NCBI GenBank assembly: GCA_031416315.1
Contig: JANOTL010000218.1
Coordinates: 1-17,810 of the forward strand
DNA from: Pseudomonadota bacterium
GTDB lineage: Bacteria > Bdellovibrionota_B > Oligoflexia > Oligoflexales > CAIYRB01
Direction of reading: 5' to 3'
Length of the DNA stretch: 17,810 nucleotides
The translations under genes were made by a program, and so were the position numbers. Position 1 is the stretch's first letter. Every line of letters begins with the position of its first letter. Under the pieces are notes generated by a model. It was not told where the DNA came from and made no database searches. It saw nothing but the letters and a program-made list of their open reading frames with translations. Below, one piece after another: positions 1 through 9,400 of the stretch.

Positions 1-96
1 GCGCTCGCGCGCGAGCGCGAGGCAGCGATCGACTGCCGCCGAAAAGCTCAACCGGTCGAAGGGGACTTTGCCGATGGTAAGGCGCGCGCCGGCCAA
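1..96 (-). CDS. 5' fragment of a probable WecB/TagA/CpsF-family glycosyltransferase (continues off the left edge)
   Basis: Manual translation from TTG at 96: MAGARLTIGKVPFDRLSFSAAVDRCLALARER. This resembles the family N-terminus (ILGVPxDxLTxxEAVxRI). A GAGG lies a few nt upstream, overlapping the stop of the preceding gene. Only 32 codons are visible. Confidence 0.55.
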   Translation of the reverse strand, partial: MAGARLTIGKVPFDRLSFSAAVDRCLALARER

Positions 97-103
97 CTTC
101 GCC

Positions 104-865
104 TCAGGGCATGGCCGTCGGCTTCAGGCCGATCGGGATGAAGGGCTGCGGCGGATGCGCCTCGAGCTCGGCCAGGACGAAGCCCAAAGTCGGCGCCGAG
201 AGCGCCACGAACTGCAGGCCGACGCCGGCGTGGAAGCCGTGGCGAGCGGTCGGCCGGACCCAGGCTACACGGGCTTTGCCCTTCAGCTCGCGGGGCACGT
301 CACGGGCGAAGTCGACGCCGAAGCAAAGTTCGCTGCCGACCTTGGGGAGTGCGCCTGCGACTGCGAGAAAGAGGCCGCCGGAGCCGAGCACGACCTCTCC
401 GCGGCGTCGCGCGTGCGTAAAGTCGTCGAAAGCGAGCTTCACCTGATAGATCTTTGCAGGCGTCGCACCGATGCCAGTCCAGGCCTCCTTGCGCGACCGG
501 AGCTCCTGACGAAAGCGCGTCACCATGGCGTCGAAATCCAGCGGTTTCTCGAAGATCGCAAACGCGCCCCGGTGGAAGGCATCTGCCGGCTGGATGTCGG
601 CATAGGCCGTCATGATCGCGAACTTTGGGCGCGGGCCCGGCATCTCGCCGACGCGCTCGAGGAGCTCGATGCCGTCGCCAGCGGGCATCCGCAGATCGCT
701 CAGGACGGCGTCGACCGGCTCGCGGCCGACGCGCTCGTGCGCGGCCCAGCCGCCGCTCTCGACGGAGACGCGAAAGCCTTCGCGCTCGAAACAGCGTTTC
801 AGATAATCGGTGATTCCCGCCTCGTCGTCGACGATGAGCAGGTGCGGCAGCGCTGGTTGGCTCAT
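104..865 (-). CDS. Response regulator: CheY-like receiver domain plus C-terminal degenerate PilZ-like domain
   Basis: Receiver motifs intact: LLIVDDE, phosphoacceptor in LSDLRMP, MTAY, FEKP. The C-terminal part has PilZ-barrel-like motifs (LGSGGLFL, KARVAWVRP, GVGLQF). Purine-rich GAAGAG immediately upstream of the ATG. Confidence 0.9.
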   Translation of the reverse strand: MSQPALPHLLIVDDEAGITDYLKRCFEREGFRVSVESGGWAAHERVGREPVDAVLSDLRMPAGDGIELLERVGEMPGPRPKFAIMTAYADIQPADAFHRGAFAIFEKPLDFDAMVTRFRQELRSRKEAWTGIGATPAKIYQVKLAFDDFTHARRRGEVVLGSGGLFLAVAGALPKVGSELCFGVDFARDVPRELKGKARVAWVRPTARHGFHAGVGLQFVALSAPTLGFVLAELEAHPPQPFIPIGLKPTAMP

Positions 866-889
866 CTCTTCATGTTATCAGTTATCCCA

Positions 890-2071
890 TCAGAAGGTCG
901 CGGCCGCGCTCAGCTTGATCGCCGTTCTCCGGCTCTGGCCGGTCGCGACCCCGGCGAGCGCGAGCTCCTCGACGGTGGCCGAGAGGTCGAGCTTCGTTTC
1001 GAAATCGAGAGCGTCGGCGCGCTTCGGAGGGCCTAGACCGAAGGTCAGCAAGAGCTCCGCCTCGCGGCCGACGAGGTCGGCCTCGGGAAAAGTCGACACG
1101 AGCGTCTCATCACGGCGCTCGCGCACGGAGCTGCGCGCGACGAAGCGGCGCGCGAGAAGGCGGGCGACGCCCAAGCTCAAGGCCTCGCCGGCGCGCACGG
1201 CCGCGGTCTCGACGGCGGCCGTCGAGGTTTGCCGGTCGTAGGCAACGCGGAGATTTCCGAGCTCGTCCTGGACGCTCAGACCCAGGCCATAGCTCACGGT
1301 GCTGGAGGCGTCGTCCACGCCGCCTTCGGCCGCGGCGCGTGCGAAACGGTAACCGACTTGCGCGTCGGCGGCGAGCCGGGCCGACAGCTCGCGGCGCGCC
1401 GACAACTCGGGGCCGAACGAGGCGCTGCGCGAAGTCGAGGTCGACTGACCCCCGTACACGAGGGCGAGCCGCGCGCCGAAGGTCGCCGCCTTCGCGAAGT
1501 CCAAGAACAGCTTGGCGTTGGCGAGGCGAATGATCCGGTCCATGTCGAGGAGGCCCGCATAGGACTGGAGGCCCAAGGTAAAGCGGCCATCGAGCTCGCG
1601 ACGGGCCCCGTAGCCGAGGGAGGCGCTGCGGATGTGCGAGCGCTGCGCCTCGCTCAAGAAGCGGCGGTCGTATTGCTCGCGTAAGGCGCGTGCCGTCTCG
1701 GTCCCGTGGTCGTAGGCGGCGGCGACGCTGCCGGAGAAGAAGTGCGCGGTGCGGGCGGAGGAAAGCTCGAAGGACTGCGAAAGCGTGCCCGTGACGCTGC
1801 GCCGGACGCCGCTGCCAAGAAGCGTGAGGTCGGCCACGGTCTCCGCCTTCTCCGTGCCCGTAAGCTGGGGGAGGAGAGAGAGGCGCAGTCGCGCGCCAGC
1901 GTAGGCGCGGCGGGTCTCGCTAAGGCCGGAGACGTCGCCGGCCTGGTCCACTTGTTGGGCGGAGGGCTCGACGTAGATCGTGGCGCTCGCCAGAGCCCGC
2001 AGGGGACTCAGGCACAGCGCGGCGAGCGGCGCGATCAGCAAAAGGCAGAATGGGAAACGGTGCACAGTCAC
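890..2071 (-). CDS. Predicted outer-membrane beta-barrel protein, ~393 aa
   Basis: Start moved from 2332 to GTG 2071 (or 2065), which puts a signal peptide at the N-terminus (HRFPFCLLLIAPLAALCLSPLRALA). Many amphipathic strands with alternating residues (SASLGYGAR, ADAQVGYRF, SYGLGLSVQ, NLRVAYDR) and a C-terminal Phe (IKLSAAATF) typical of BAM substrates. Confidence 0.7.
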   Translation of the reverse strand: MTVHRFPFCLLLIAPLAALCLSPLRALASATIYVEPSAQQVDQAGDVSGLSETRRAYAGARLRLSLLPQLTGTEKAETVADLTLLGSGVRRSVTGTLSQSFELSSARTAHFFSGSVAAAYDHGTETARALREQYDRRFLSEAQRSHIRSASLGYGARRELDGRFTLGLQSYAGLLDMDRIIRLANAKLFLDFAKAATFGARLALVYGGQSTSTSRSASFGPELSARRELSARLAADAQVGYRFARAAAEGGVDDASSTVSYGLGLSVQDELGNLRVAYDRQTSTAAVETAAVRAGEALSLGVARLLARRFVARSSVRERRDETLVSTFPEADLVGREAELLLTFGLGPPKRADALDFETKLDLSATVEELALAGVATGQSRRTAIKLSAAATF

Positions 2072-2243
2072 GCCATCGTTTGACTTTCGTCCAGAATAGC
2101 GCGTTTTCGCGTGTTTGGGGGCCGCCTTGGCGGCGGCCGCGACCGGCCGGGGCTCCGGCGGCTCTGCTAAGATCTCAGGGTGCCCCTTCCTCTCTCGCGT
2201 ACGAGCGTCCTGCTCGCCCTGTCGCATTCCCTCGAGACTCCTC

Positions 2244-3400
2244 ATGCCCTCCAGCACCACCGTGCCTTTCGTAGCAGGCCCGCGCGCCGCTGCGCGCCGC
2301 GTCGCCTCCGGCGTGTGCGAGGCCCGGCTCAAGGCCGCGGCGGAGGCTTTGGCGCGCGTGTGGCCGGGCGGCCTCCAGGCGCTGGGTAAGCGGGATTTTT
2401 TTTATGGACGACGCGCGGCGAAACCGACGGCCGACGAAGCGCGGCGGGAACTCGCACGCGCGCTGTCCGGCGGCTGGGACGCCCGCGGCGAAGGGACAAT
2501 GCCCTGGCGAATCGCGCTCGTCGACCTGCCGGATGGCGCGAGTCTCGTCGGCGTCGCGCTCCGGCGCGAGCGCGGGGACGAGGACGCAGTCGAGAGTCTT
2601 GTCGACGCCTTGGTCGCCATCGCGCTCGGCGCGGAGGCGGAGAAAGAGGTCGAGGCGTTGCGGCGACCCGCCCTGAGTCTCGGGAGCGGCGCGCCGCCGG
2701 AAGTGGAGCGCGGCGCTACCGGATCTTCGGCGGCGAGCCTTTGGGCCGAATCCCTGCGTCACGCACCCGTCGAAACCGGCGTGATCCCGGATCGGGCGAG
2801 GCCGGCGCGCCTCTCCGGTCTGCGGACGAGCGCCCGCGCGGCAGTGCCGGCCCAGGCGATCTTCGACGCGGCGGCGGCGATCGGCGTCTCGCCCGAGGCG
2901 TTCGTGCTGGCCGCATACGCTGCGCTGATCTTTCGCCTCGGACGCAGCGAGGATCTCCTGATCGGCGTCGAGTCGGGAGGCCCGCACGCGGCGCCGCTGC
3001 GCTTTTTCTTGAGCGGCAAGACGAGCTTTCGTGAGCTTGCCCGGACGGCCGAGGCGGAGCTCAGCGTCGCGCGCGCCCGAGCGTTGCCCCCGATCGCGGA
3101 GCTTTCGCGCCTCGCGGGCCAGACCGAAGACCCGAGCCGCCACCCCGTCCATCAGGCGAGCTTCGCCTTTCGGTCTCGCGGCGTTCCCGTCGCCGGCGCC
3201 GAGCGCATCGCGCTGCTCAGTGACGACGGCACAGAAGATCTCGCGCTCCTCGTCGCGCCGGAAGGCGACGAGCTCGCGCTCGTCCTCGCCGGCGCCAAGG
3301 ATCTGTTCGAGACGGCGACGCTCGCGCGCTTCGTCCGGCACGGCGCCGTCCTCTTCGCCGCCGCCGCGGCCGAGCCCGAGACGCCCGTCGCCCTTTTGCC
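2244..3400 (+). other. Degenerate, N-terminally eroded condensation domain
   Basis: Recognisable C-domain segments: IPDRARPA, LAAYAALIFRLGRSEDLLIGV, LRFFLSGKTSFRELAR, DPSRHPVHQASF. The HHxxxDG site aligns to RRERGDE (2562-2582). Boundaries approximate. Confidence 0.8.
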
Positions 3401-6400
3401 GCTTCTCAACGCGGTCGAGCGCGCGCACATTGTCTCGGATCTCAACGAGACCGACTGCGCCTTCCCGACCAATTTGACCTTGCCGCAGCTTCTGGAGGCG
3501 AGCGCCGCCTCGAACCCGGACGCGACGGCCTTGATCTTCGGCGACACGCTGCTCAACTACCGCGAGTTCAACGCGGAGGCCAATCGGCTCGCGCGTCACC
3601 TGCGAACGCTCGGCGTGCGCGAGGGCACGCTCGTCGGCCTCTGCCTCGAGAAATCGGCCGAGCTGATCATCAGCGTCTACGCGATCTTGAAGGCGGGCGG
3701 AGCCTACGTGCCGCTCGACCCGACCTATCCGCCCGAGCGCTTGGGCGTCATGCTCGAGGACGCGGAGCTGCGCTTCCTCGTCGCCACGACGAAGACCGCG
3801 GCGAAGCTGCCGTTGCATGCGGCCCGCGTCGTCGACCTCGAGCTGGAGCGCGAGGACATCGACGCGCATACGAACGCGGACCTCCCCGCGAGCGCGGACG
3901 ACGCGACGCCGGAGAGCCTTGCGTACATGCTCTACACCTCCGGCTCCACCGGGAGGCCGAAGGGCGTCCTGGTGCCGCACGCGACGGTGATCAACTTCCT
4001 GTTCAGCATGCGCAAGACCTGCGATTTTCGCGACGACGAGGTGACGCTCTCGGCAAACACCGTCTCGTTCGACATCGTGATTCCGGATCTCTTCCTGAGC
4101 TTCATGGTCGGCGGCACGCTGGTGGTCGCCCAGAAGGACGCCTCGCTCGACGGCGCCATGGTCTCTGAGCTGATCCAAAGGCACCGCGTCACCAACATGC
4201 TGGCGACGCCCTCGACCTGGCGGATCCTCCTCGACGCCGGCTGGGAGGGCGCGCCCGAGCTTAGGATCATTGCGGCCGGCGAGGCTTTGCCGCACGCGCT
4301 CGCGCAGGTCCTGCTCGGCCTCGGCAAGAGCCTTTGGAACGGCTACGGTCCGACCGAGGTCACGGTCATCTCGAATTTCTATCAGGTGAAGGACCTGTCG
4401 CGCCCGATGTACATCGGTCCCCCGATCGACAACGTCTTCGTCTACGTCGTCGATGAGCACATGGAGCCCGTGCCGATCGGCGTGCCGGGCGAGATCTACA
4501 TCGCCGGCGCCGGCGTGACGAAGGGCTATTTGAAGCGGCCGGATCTGACGGCCGAGCGGTTCGTCGCCAACCCGTTCTCGGCGAAATGGGGCGGCCGGAT
4601 GTATCGGACGGGCGACCTCGGTCGCTGGGCACCGGATGGCAACGTCGAGTACCTCGGCCGGAACGACGACCAGGTCAAGATCCGCGGCTTCCGGATCGAG
4701 CTCGGCGACATCGACGCCGTCCTGCTCGGCCACCCGGCCGTCGACAAGGGCGTCGTCGTCGTGCGCGAGGACCAGCCAGGCGACCGGCGCCTCGTCGCCT
4801 ACTACACGCTGCGCGCGGGGAAAGCGATCGGCGCGAGCGAGCTGCGCGCTCATTTCCGCGAGAAGCTCCCCCAGCACATGGTGCCGGCGCACTTCATCGC
4901 CGTCTTGAACATGCCGCTCAACCCGAACGGCAAGATCGACCGCAAAGCGCTGCCGAAACCCGGTCAGAGCGAGTCAGCGCCCGAGGCCTTGGCGGCGACC
5001 TACGCGGCGCCCGCGAGCGACGTCGAGGCGCTGCTCGCCTCGTTGTGGAAGGATCTTCTGGGCGTCGAGCGCGTCGGCATCGACGAGCACTTCTTCGAGC
5101 TCGGCGGCAACTCCCTCCTCGCCGTGCGCATGGTGGCGCGCTTGAAGCGGGAGCATGGGATCGTGATCCCGGTCTTGCGCGTCTTCGAGACGCCGACGAT
5201 TGCGGGACTGGCGAAAGACGCGAAGCCGGCCGGGCCTCCCGTCGCGGCGCTTTCCGCAGGCGTCGCGCCTGGTCCTAAGCCAAAGGCGCCGCCGGCAAGC
5301 GGCGACGGCCGCAAAGTCGCCATCATCGGGCTCGCGTTGCGCGTCCCCGGGGCCGAAAACGCGCGGCAGTTCTGGGAGAACCTCGCCGCCGGAGTCGAGT
5401 CGATCAGCTTCTTCGGCGAGGGGCTCGATCCGGGCGTGCCGGCGGCGCTCGCGAATAGTCCGAGCTACGTCCGCGCCCGCGGCATCGTCGACGGCGGCGA
5501 ATGCTTCGACCATGCATTCTTCGGCGTCTCGATGCGCGAGGCCGAGGTGATGGATCCGCAGCAGCGGCTTTTTCTCGAGTGCGCGTGGGCGACGCTCGAG
5601 GACGGCGGCTACACGCCCGACAGCTACGGTGGGCGCATCGGTGTCTACGCCGGTACCGGCACCAATACTTACTATCCGGAGATCGTGCGGCCGCACGCGG
5701 CCTTGATCGAGCGCGTCGGCGCTTTCACCACGATGCTCGCGAACGAGAAGGACTACATCGCCACCCGCACGGCGTTCAAGCTGAACCTCAAAGGCCCGGG
5801 CGTCAGCGTCCAGACCGCGTGCTCGACCTCGCTCGTCGCGATCCATCTCGCGGCGCAAGCGTTGCGCAACGGCGAATGCGAGCTCGCGATCGCCGGCGGC
5901 AGCTCGATCACGGCGCCGATCAAGAGCGGCTACCTGTATCAGGAAGGCGGCATGCTCTCGCCCGACGGGCATACGCGCAGCTTCGACGACGGCTGCCAGG
6001 GGACCGTGTTCTCCGACGGCGTCGCCGCCGTGCTCTTGAAGCGCTTGGACAGAGCCCTAGCGGATGGCGATCGCATCATCGCGGTCATCAGCGGGTCGGC
6101 GATCAACAACGACGGCGGCGACAAGGCGAGCTTCACGGCGCCGAGCATCGAAGGCCAGGCAGCCGTCATCCGCGCTGCGCAGCGGGACGCGGGCGTCACG
6201 CCGACGGAGGTCTCCTACGTCGAGGCGCACGGCACGGCGACGCCGCTCGGCGATCCGATCGAGCTCGCGGCCTTGGCCTGCGCCTTCGCGGGCCAAGGCG
6301 CCGTCAGCTGCGCCATCGGCTCGCTGAAAAGCAACATGGGCCACATGGTCGCGACTGCGGGCGTCGGCGGCCTCGCGAAGACGGCGCTCATGCTCGCGCA

Positions 6401-9400
6401 CCGGAAGCTCGTGCCGTCCTTGCATTTCGGCACGCCGACGACCAAGGTCGACATGGCCGGTGCCGGCTTCCGCGTCGCCACTCGCCTCGAGGACTGGCCG
6501 GAGACCGGCGCGCGGCGCATTGCGGGCGTCAGCTCTTTCGGCGTCGGTGGCACCAACGCGCACGTGATCGTCGAAGAGGCGCCCAAGGCGTCGCCGACCT
6601 CTTTGCCCCGCGGCGCGGGCATCGTCTTACCGCTGTCGGCAAAATCTGAAGCGGCCCTCGCGCGCCTGTGCGAGGCGCATTGGCAAAACCTCGGTGCCGC
6701 TTTCACAACGAACGGGGCGCTCGCCGATCTTGCTTACACGCTGCAAGTCGGGCGCAAGCCGCTCTCCTTCCGGATGGCCGCGTTCGGCCGCACGCTGGAG
6801 GAGCTTAAGGCCGCGCTCGGCGATCCGTCGTCGGCGCGCGTGAAAAAACGGCACGCCCCGAGCCGCCCGCCCGAGCTCGTCTTCCTGTTTCCGGGCCAAG
6901 GGATCCAGGCGCCGCACATGGGTCGCGAGCTCTACGAGACCGAGCCCGCTTATCGCGAGGCGTTCGACGCCTGCTGCGCGGCCTTTGCAACCGCCGCGTC
7001 TTTCGACCTGAAAGCGCTGGTCCTGCCCGAGCCGGCGCGAGAGGCCGAGGCCAGGGCGGAGCTGAATCGGACCGAGCGCGCGCAGCCGGCGATCTTCGCC
7101 GTCGAATACGCGACCGCGAAGCTGTGGATGGCGGCCGGGGTCATGCCCCGTGCTTTGATCGGCCACAGCATCGGCGAATACGTCGCGGCGACCTTGGCCG
7201 GCGTCTTCACGCTCGCGGATGCGGCACGGCTCGTCGCCGAGCGCGGGCGCTTGATGCAGAGCATGGCGCCTGGCTCGCTGCTGAGCGTCCGCTTGTCCGA
7301 GTCCGAAGTCCTGCCGCTCCTCGCAGAAGGCCTCTCGGTCGCGGCCGTGAACTCGCCGCGGCTTACGGTCGTCGGCGGGCCGACGCAGGCGATCGCGGCT
7401 CTGGCGAAAAGGCTCGAGCTGCAGGAGATCCCGGCGAAGGTGCTCGCCACGTCGCACGCCTTTCATACGGCAATGATGGATCCCGCGGTCGCGGCGATGC
7501 AGGCCCTCGCGCAGACGGTCCTTCTCACCCCGCCGCGCCTCACGATTGTCTCGACCCAGACGGGCGCCCACCTCGCTTCCGAGCAGGCGGTCGACCCGGC
7601 TTACTGGGCGCGCCAGCTCCGCGAGCCCGTGCGCTTCGCCGACGCCGTAGGCGCGCTCGAGGCCGGCGAGCCGCGCGTCTTCTTGGAGTGTGGCCCGCGT
7701 GAAAGCCTTACGAAGATGACGCGCCAGTGCTTCGGACGCGGCGCGCACTTGATCGTCGCCACGGGCGACGACGCGACGAGCTTCGCCGGCGCTTTGGCCG
7801 AGCTCTGGACGGCAGGCGTCGCCGTCGACTGGGACGCCAGGCGCGCCGGCGAGACGCGTCGGCGCCTCTCCCTCCCGACCTATCCTTTCGAACGCACCCG
7901 TTGTTGGCCAAATCTAGGAGCTATCGTCATGGCGAATCCCAAGCGCGAGGCGCAGTCCGCGAAACCTTCGAGCGCCGGCCGAAGGCCACGCCTGCTCGCA
8001 GAGCTGAAGGCCTTGCTCGAGGAGGCCTCCGGCGTCGGCGCGGCCGATGCCGAGGACGACGTCACGTTTCTCGAGCTCGGGCTCGACTCGCTTTTCCTGA
8101 CCCAGTTCGCGCTTAAGCTCCAGCGGAAATACAGCGTGAAGATCACCTTCCGCCAACTCCTCGAGCAATACGCGAGCTTCGGCACGCTGGTCGACATGAT
8201 CGACGCGCACCTGCCGCCGGAGGCCGCGCCTCCGGAGGCGCCGGCGACGCCGCTCCCCACCGCCCCGGCCGCGAGCCATGCGCAAGGCGCGGGTGCTGCC
8301 ATGAACGGCGCCGGCGGCGCCACGCCGCAGCCGAACTACGACATGCCGGCCGCGGTCGCCGTGAACGCTCCTTACCCCGCTTTTGCCCAAGCGATGCCGA
8401 TGCACGCGCCGATGCCGATGATCGCGGGCATCGACGCCATCGTCGCGCAGCAACTGCACATCATGGCGCGCCAGCTCGAGCTCCTTTCCGGCAGGCCGAT
8501 GCCGATGACCATGACGTCTTCGATGACGATGCCCGCGCAGGCGCCGCTCACGATCGTGAAGCCGACCGTGGCGGAAGCTGTCGCGGCGCCGGCACCTGCC
8601 ACGAATCCCGCGGTAACGGCGGCGCAAACCGCTGCCGCGACCGCAAGAGCCGCAAAAGAGAAGGAGGTGTACGACGCCAAGAAAGCCTTCGGCGCCGCCG
8701 CGCGGATCACGCTCTCGCAAGGAGGCAACGCCCTCTCGGCGAAGCAGCGCAAATGCTACGACGACTTCATCCAGCGCTACACGACCAAGACGCGGGAGTC
8801 GAAGCGCCTCACGCAGTTCTACCGCCCCTGGCTCGCCGATCCCCGCGTCGTCACTGGCTTCAAGCTGAACACCAAAGAGTTGGTCTACCAGATCATCATC
8901 GAGCGCTCGCGCGGCTCCCGCATGTGGGACGTCGACGGCAACGAGTATGTCGATGCGCTCTGCGGCTTCGGCATGAACTACTTCGGTTGGTCCGCCGACT
9001 TCATCACCGAAGCGGTGAAGGAGCAGCTCGACAAGGGCATCGACATCGGCCCGATGACGCCGCTCGCCGGCGAGGTCGCCAAGCTCCTCTGCGAGATGAC
9101 CGGCTTCGACCGCGCCGGCTTCTGCAACACCGGGTCCGAGGCCGTGATGGGCTGCATGCGGATCGCGCGCACGGTCACCGGTCGCGACAAGATCCTCACG
9201 TTCGCCGGTTCCTACCACGGGATCTTCGACGAGGTGATCCAGCGCGGCACGAAGACGGGCAAAGCGATCCCCGCGGCGCCGGGCATCATGTCGAACACCT
9301 CCGAGAACGTGGTGATCCTCGAGTACGGCACGCAGGAGACGCTCGACTACATCAGAAACAACGCCGGAGACCTCGCCGCCGTGATCGCCGAGACGATCCA

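Noticed and set aside
68..1036. 322-aa plus-strand ORF
   Set aside because: Antisense to the clearly recognisable response regulator.
2098..2175. Short hairpins (CGCGTTTTCGCG, GCCGCCTTGGCGGC) and an extended -10-like TGCTAAGAT
   Set aside because: Stems are short, there is no U-tract and no matching -35; too weak to call a terminator, riboswitch or promoter.
2072..2332. N-terminal extensions of the barrel ORF (to 2332) and the synthase (from 2115) that would overlap head to head
   Set aside because: Longest-ORF artefact. The later starts expose a signal peptide and leave a ~170-bp divergent intergenic region.
2175..4892. 905-aa minus-strand ORF, and similar ones at 4974-5972, 6627-7748 and 7914-9869
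   Set aside because: Antisense shadows of the NRPS-PKS, expected from high-GC codon bias; no recognisable motifs.
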